Shown here: one piece after another, positions 58,890-64,000 of the stretch
Layout: each line of letters starts with the position of its first letter
How positions within the stretch are numbered: the stretch's first letter is position 1
Origin: an uncultured Chryseobacterium sp.
GTDB taxonomy: Bacteria > Bacteroidota > Bacteroidia > Flavobacteriales_C > GCA-002722245
Direction: 5' to 3'
Assembly (NCBI GenBank): GCA_964406465.1
Contig: CAYORT010000011.1
Location: 5,300-69,299, forward strand
Length of the DNA: 64,000 nucleotides
The notes under the pieces: generated by a model
What the model saw: the letters and a program-made list of their open reading frames with translations, nothing else
What the model was told of the DNA's origin: nothing
Databases searched by the model: none
Position numbers and translations under genes: made by a program

Positions 58890-61085
58890 ATGAATTTTAT
58901 GAGAATAAGCACCATCACTTTATTTCTATTTGTTTCTCTGAGCACTTTTGCTGGTAACAAATATTACTTTTCAACTTCGGGAAACTATAGCAATACCGGA
59001 ACTTCACCAAATTCGCCAAGGCCAAATATTTCTCACATCGACAGCTTGGTGCTTGGCCCTGGAGATAGCATTTTTTTAAAGTGCGGCGACACATTGAGAG
59101 GTTCTTGTAAAATAACCAACAGTGGTACCTCATCAAATAATATTGTGTTCACTAGCTATGGCTCTGGTGCCAAACCAGTAATTAGCGGAGCACAAAAAAT
59201 TTCAGGATGGAGCAATAACTCTGGCATATACTCAGCAACAACCAATGAAAAAGCAAAAAACTTTTTTGCCAATAGCAGCGAAATGATTTTAGCTAGGTAT
59301 CCAAATGAAGGCTCTTACTTGCAGCTAGATTCGGCACAAAAAACATATTTAAAAGACGCTCAAATTCCACAAAATGACGGTTACTGGAACGGGGCTTCCA
59401 TTTGCATTCACACGATGCAATGGTGTTGGGAAAAAACAACAGTTCAAAATCAATCATCAGGCAAAGTAACTTACAATACAGCCACCATTTTATCGGCGCT
59501 AAACAAGTATGGTTATTTCTTCTATAATAAATTTGAAGCCCTTGACACCGCTAAAGAATGGTACAATGACACCACAAACAAAATTCTATATTTTAAACCA
59601 CCTACGGGCAGCACTCCTTCTAATCTTACTTGTGAAATAACAACTAGAGACTATGGAGTACAAACCTTAAACAATGCATCGCACATAACATTTACCAATA
59701 TTACTTTCGACAAACAATATGAGGCCGGCATATACATTGGAAGCTCAAACAATAAAAATATAACAATTTCAAACTGCGCTTTTTACCGTCAGTACAAACA
59801 TGGCATTCAATCAAAAGGAAAATATCACAACCTAAATAACAATTATTTTCAGCAGGTAGACGGCCACGGTATTGATGTTAGCAATGGTGCGAAACTACAC
59901 ATTCACCATAACACTTTTAAAAACATAGGTAAGTATAGAAACAGCGGCATTGGCGGCGAAACAAACCTTAGTGCCATTGCAATTAACTTTGTTGACAGCT
60001 GCACTATCGACCATAATGTTATCGATAGCACTGGATATTGTGGGATTTCTGCAGACGGGGCATATCATTTAATTGAGAAAAACATTGTTTCGCACGCAAT
60101 GCTTTTAAATAACGATGGAGGTGCTTATAAGTGCTATGGTGCTGCTTCTCATCACAATGAAATTAGATACAACTTCGCGAGTTATACTACCGGAAATACT
60201 GAAGGGTGTTTTAAGCCCGACTTTATGACTCCAGGCATTTATTTCGACTTTAATGTAAACAATTGCAATGTGCACCACAACACAGTGTACAACATGCATT
60301 CAAAAGGAATTTTTCAAAATTCAGGAACCAACAACAATAACTTATCAAACAATATCTTGTTTGGAATTGCTCAAGGCATCGACCTCAACGGAAATCCTCT
60401 TATGCCAACTGTTATAACTGGTGACATCATTAAAAACAATGTAATATTAGCCGCCAACACTAGCGATATTCTAATGCGTCAGGTAGATTTTAGCAATGCT
60501 TTTAATTTCGGAACCTTAGATTCTAACTTTTATCTTCAGCCCTTCGACACATCATACACAGTGCTGCGCGTACAAGGCAACACAAATGTGTATTACGGAT
60601 TAAAAAACTACCAATCACTAAATGGTCTTGATGCTCATTCAAAAGGTAGTTTTGTTCATTGGAATAACAGTACTAATAATTATAGATTATTCATGAATCA
60701 AAGCGATAATATTACTACCATAAGCTTATCCGATACGCTTTATCTCGACCTCGACAGCAACGAAGTTTGCGGAACCATAGACCTACAACCCTATTCCTCA
60801 ATGGTGTTATTAAATTCATTAACAAAATGCCAAAATACTTCATATACACCTGTAACAGAATCAGATTTCTCTGTATTTCCAAATCCCGCAACAAATGAAG
60901 TTCAATTAAAGAATATTAAAGAGGGAAGTAGCTATAATATATTGAACGCAAATGGGCAATTAATTATGAGCGGAAACTGTAATAAAACATCGCTAATAAA
61001 TACAAGTAATTTGGCCCCAGGAATGTACTACATCCAAATTGTGTCAGAGGAAAAATTAAGCGCAAAAGTCTTGATTATCCAATAG
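58890..61085 (+). CDS. T9SS-secreted right-handed parallel beta-helix protein (pectate-lyase fold, possible polysaccharide lyase/hydrolase) with a type-A CTD
   Basis: Repetitive NxxF/H-rich coils (NITFDKQY, NCAFYRQY, HHNTFKNIG, HHNTVYNM). C-terminal FSVFPNPATNEV...GMYYIQIVSEEKLSAKVLIIQ. Confidence 0.6.
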   Translation: MNFMRISTITLFLFVSLSTFAGNKYYFSTSGNYSNTGTSPNSPRPNISHIDSLVLGPGDSIFLKCGDTLRGSCKITNSGTSSNNIVFTSYGSGAKPVISGAQKISGWSNNSGIYSATTNEKAKNFFANSSEMILARYPNEGSYLQLDSAQKTYLKDAQIPQNDGYWNGASICIHTMQWCWEKTTVQNQSSGKVTYNTATILSALNKYGYFFYNKFEALDTAKEWYNDTTNKILYFKPPTGSTPSNLTCEITTRDYGVQTLNNASHITFTNITFDKQYEAGIYIGSSNNKNITISNCAFYRQYKHGIQSKGKYHNLNNNYFQQVDGHGIDVSNGAKLHIHHNTFKNIGKYRNSGIGGETNLSAIAINFVDSCTIDHNVIDSTGYCGISADGAYHLIEKNIVSHAMLLNNDGGAYKCYGAASHHNEIRYNFASYTTGNTEGCFKPDFMTPGIYFDFNVNNCNVHHNTVYNMHSKGIFQNSGTNNNNLSNNILFGIAQGIDLNGNPLMPTVITGDIIKNNVILAANTSDILMRQVDFSNAFNFGTLDSNFYLQPFDTSYTVLRVQGNTNVYYGLKNYQSLNGLDAHSKGSFVHWNNSTNNYRLFMNQSDNITTISLSDTLYLDLDSNEVCGTIDLQPYSSMVLLNSLTKCQNTSYTPVTESDFSVFPNPATNEVQLKNIKEGSSYNILNANGQLIMSGNCNKTSLINTSNLAPGMYYIQIVSEEKLSAKVLIIQ

Positions 61086-61087
61086 TA

Positions 61088-62113
61088 CTAATGTATATTC
61101 TGTTTATCCAACTGCCTCCAATACAACTGTGCATTTTGGTTATGTTCTTTAAGTGTTGAAGCAAAATTATGCTTAAAGGAGCCGTCTCCCGAAGCGCACA
61201 TATAAAAGTAGTTATGCTTTTGAGCGTTCAATACCGCGTCGATCGCCCCTTGCGCGGGAAGATAAATTGGTCCGGGTGGCAAACCTGTATTTTTATATGT
61301 ATTGTAAGGAGAGTTAATCGCTAAAATATCATGTGTTACTCTTTTAATGGTAAAGTCTCCCGAAGCATATACAGCAGTAGGATCGCTCTGTAAAGGCATT
61401 CCTGTGCGTAATCTATTCAAATACAAACCTGCTATTATTGGCCATTCTTCTGTTCGCTTGCTTTGTTCGGCCATAACAATTGATGCCAAAACAGAAACCT
61501 CTGATTGAGAAAGACCTTGTTTCTTTGCTTTTTCTTTGCGTTCGGCAGTCCAAAACTTTTTGTACTCCTTAGCCATTCTTTTAATGAATTTATCGGCTCC
61601 AGTATTCCAAAACATCTTGTATGTATTGGGTAAAAATAACACCAATGCATTTTCAGAGTTAAGTCCGAATTTCGACATATATTGATCATCATTCAATAAA
61701 TCCAAAAGACTATCCTTACTAGCCTCTATCTGTTTAGAAACCCTTTCTGCCAATTCATCTTTAGTTCGAATCGAATGAAAATCCACCGCGACTTCATCGA
61801 TTTTACCTGTTCGAAAATAAACGATCAAATCGTTGTATCCCATTTCTTCATTAATAGTATACCTTCCCTCGTAAACATTTGCGGGCAAATTTCTAAACTC
61901 AGCCAACTTCTTAAAAAGCCACATATTCTCCACAGCCTTGCTTTCTTCAATTTGTTGAATCAACTGCTCATAGCCTTCTCCTGTTCTCACATAAATCACC
62001 AAAGGCTTACCATTCAATTCTATTTTTTTATTGATTACTCCAAACCACAAATAAACGCCTCCTATTGCGGCAATCACCATTAAAACAATAAATACACGAA
62101 CTAATTTCTTCAT
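61088..62113 (-). CDS. mltG: Endolytic murein transglycosylase MltG (YceG family)
   Basis: N-terminal TM anchor and the YceG-like domain. 341 aa. Confidence 0.8.
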   Translation of the reverse strand: MKKLVRVFIVLMVIAAIGGVYLWFGVINKKIELNGKPLVIYVRTGEGYEQLIQQIEESKAVENMWLFKKLAEFRNLPANVYEGRYTINEEMGYNDLIVYFRTGKIDEVAVDFHSIRTKDELAERVSKQIEASKDSLLDLLNDDQYMSKFGLNSENALVLFLPNTYKMFWNTGADKFIKRMAKEYKKFWTAERKEKAKKQGLSQSEVSVLASIVMAEQSKRTEEWPIIAGLYLNRLRTGMPLQSDPTAVYASGDFTIKRVTHDILAINSPYNTYKNTGLPPGPIYLPAQGAIDAVLNAQKHNYFYMCASGDGSFKHNFASTLKEHNQNAQLYWRQLDKQNIH

Positions 62114-62114
62114 A

Positions 62115-62651
62115 TTATTCTATATCGAATTTCGGATTCAACAATTGGTACATGTTCTCATCTTTCCAACCCTCATAAGTTTTTAGCCACGATTTTTTAG
62201 TGCCAACACATTTAAAGCCTACATTCTCAAAAAGCTTAATACTTCTTTCGTTATCGGTAGTGATATTGCAAAACAATTGCTTAAGCTGCAAATGCGTAAA
62301 ACTGTAATCAATCAATATTTTTAATGCCTCGGTGGCATATCCCTTACCTTGCTCATTATTGTCGGCAATCAATATTCCCACTCCGGCGCGCAAATGGAAG
62401 GGATCAAACTCAAACAAATCAAGCAATCCAATTGGCTTAATACCGTCTACTTCTATCACCATTCGCAACTGTTTTGCTTCATAAATATCAAGATGTGCAT
62501 TATCTAAATACTTATTTAAAACATGTTTAGAATAGGGAGCCATGGTATTACTTAAGACCCAATATTGCGTATCATTTTCCCAAGAAAAAAGGATATTGAT
62601 ATCGCTTGGCTCTATGGCTCTCAAACTGATATTTCCACTTTTTAAACTCAT
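62115..62651 (-). CDS. GNAT family N-acetyltransferase (RimJ/RimL-like)
   Basis: GNAT fold motifs (RAGVGILIADNNEQGKGYATEAL). The start was trimmed to the Met at 62651, giving a 4-bp ATGA overlap with the upstream gene. Confidence 0.7.
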   Translation of the reverse strand: MSLKSGNISLRAIEPSDINILFSWENDTQYWVLSNTMAPYSKHVLNKYLDNAHLDIYEAKQLRMVIEVDGIKPIGLLDLFEFDPFHLRAGVGILIADNNEQGKGYATEALKILIDYSFTHLQLKQLFCNITTDNERSIKLFENVGFKCVGTKKSWLKTYEGWKDENMYQLLNPKFDIE

Positions 62652-63205
62652 GCGCGTCGTATTAAAGCAGTAGACGAGTGAATACATTCATTCACTTCAA
62701 ATACCGAATATTTATCCATAAAAAGCACTCCTCCCTTCAAATCGTCTTCTAAATGCAAATGGTAAATCTCTTCCACTAATTCCTGCTCCTTAAGCTTAGG
62801 TAATAAATCGAAAATCAACTGCACATCATTCGTGTTGGTATGATAGATCTCGTTGCAAAAATCCTTTATTGGCGACAAACATGTTGCTATGCCTATATCA
62901 ACACGAGGATAAGCACTTACAATAGTTCTAATTCTTTTCAGTAAATCAGCATGTGTTACCAACAAGGGTAATTTCAACTTCACAAACAAAGTTTTTATGT
63001 TTTTGAAACGCAGAAAACGTAAATTTTGCTCCATGCTTCCATCTAGAGAAGGCCCCTTTGTGCTCAAAGAGAATATTTTACCATTGATACTTAACACCAA
63101 ATGCGGTGGCACCGTTGTGGCATGCACAATGTGCAGATAAATTCCATCATTAAGGAACTCATCATGTAGCAATGGATGAATATTATTTATGGTGAAAATC
63201 GACAT
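62648..63205 (-). CDS. Conserved hypothetical protein
   Basis: 185 aa in an operon-like arrangement between dapF and the GNAT gene. No domain is recognisable by eye. Confidence 0.35.
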   Translation of the reverse strand: MSIFTINNIHPLLHDEFLNDGIYLHIVHATTVPPHLVLSINGKIFSLSTKGPSLDGSMEQNLRFLRFKNIKTLFVKLKLPLLVTHADLLKRIRTIVSAYPRVDIGIATCLSPIKDFCNEIYHTNTNDVQLIFDLLPKLKEQELVEEIYHLHLEDDLKGGVLFMDKYSVFEVNECIHSSTALIRRA

Positions 63206-63989
63206 CTATTTCTCCTTTAAATACCATTTTGGCCGGACCCTCTAAACACACTTTTTTATATCCTGCTCCAGCACTTTCAAAACTCACACTTAATCTTCCG
63301 CCCATCGCTTTCACCGGATATGCATCACCCTGAATTTTACCTGCATTTGCAGCTGCTAAAACAGCAGCCGTAACACCTGTACCACAAGCCAATGTTTCCT
63401 CCTCACAACCACGCTCATAAGTGCGAATGTGCAATATACCATTATTTATTTCTACGAAGTTAACGTTGGTGCCTTTTTCTTTAAATCTATCAGAATAACG
63501 AATTTTTTTTGCCTCTTCCACCACCGGAAAATTTGCTAAATCTTTAACAAAAACAACATAATGTGGCGAACCAGTATTTAAATAGGAATAACCTGTTCCC
63601 ACTTCTATTTCGGGCACATCAATCATTTGCAATTTCACCCAGTATGAATCGCCAACTTTACTTAATTCTGCCTCATGTTCACCATCAACGGCCATGAACA
63701 AATATTTTTCCTTTTTTAATCCAATTTCATTTGCAAAGGCTGTGATGCATCTTCCTCCATTTCCGCACATTGAGCTTTCGTTTCCATCTGAGTTGTAATA
63801 AACCATCTCAAAATCATAGCCCTTTTTATTTCTTAGCAACATCAAGCCATCTGCACCTATACCAAAACGGCGGTCACACAGAAACTTCACCAATGCATTA
63901 TTTTTAATATCAAATTTCTCCTCTCTATCGTCAATTAAAACGAAATCATTTCCAGCCCCTTGAAGCTTATAAAACTGTAGTGTTGCCAT
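63183..63989 (-). CDS. dapF: Diaminopimelate epimerase
   Basis: Catalytic cysteines in MCGNGGRC and LACGTGVTAA. 268 aa. Confidence 0.9.
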   Translation of the reverse strand: MATLQFYKLQGAGNDFVLIDDREEKFDIKNNALVKFLCDRRFGIGADGLMLLRNKKGYDFEMVYYNSDGNESSMCGNGGRCITAFANEIGLKKEKYLFMAVDGEHEAELSKVGDSYWVKLQMIDVPEIEVGTGYSYLNTGSPHYVVFVKDLANFPVVEEAKKIRYSDRFKEKGTNVNFVEINNGILHIRTYERGCEEETLACGTGVTAAVLAAANAGKIQGDAYPVKAMGGRLSVSFESAGAGYKKVCLEGPAKMVFKGEIDVDFHHK

Positions 63990-64000
63990 TGTTAAAAATT

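Overview
This 64-kb window is low-GC (~35%) DNA, almost certainly chromosomal and from a Bacteroidota organism. The supporting evidence is T9SS C-terminal sorting domains of both type A and type B, a PorP/SprF protein, SprB-repeat and PKD adhesins, a TonB-dependent receptor with its DUF4249 partner, candidate TAnnTTTG -7 promoter boxes, and leaderless or TTG starts. Coding density is high and most genes are housekeeping. These are guaB, an M16 peptidase pair, NMO/FabK-like, cdaA, TolC-like, rlmH, nadC, wecB, prmC, ribD, acs, clpS, plsY, an AhpC-like peroxiredoxin, dapF, mltG, a phosphohexomutase and a small epimerase/GT4/membrane polysaccharide module. I found no rRNA, tRNA, CRISPR array, transposase, integrase or obvious mobile element, and no GC-skewed island. 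The non-housekeeping content is a T9SS cargo cluster at about 49.3-61.1 kb. It encodes a 1205-aa cadherin/Ig/PKD/SprB adhesin, then a PKD-rich type-B-CTD protein, then PorP/SprF-OmpA, with a beta-helix T9SS protein nearby. Other items worth a second look are two separate HExxH-peptidase domains fused to Omp85-like C-terminal barrels, and a 2124-aa TPR/PD40/~1400-aa coiled-coil/triple-SPOR envelope protein that probably starts on TTG. There is also a SiaB/SiaC-like (DUF1987) partner-switch pair with no linked output, an XRE-S24 self-cleaving repressor with a perfect palindrome upstream, a T9SS metzincin and several strong RNA hairpins. Two of those hairpins are in odd places, one with 24-bp arms at 7.4 kb and one terminator 30 nt upstream of clpS. 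No canonical defence system or mobile element was seen. All calls come from reading the translated ORFs and the DNA by eye, and no database searches were run.
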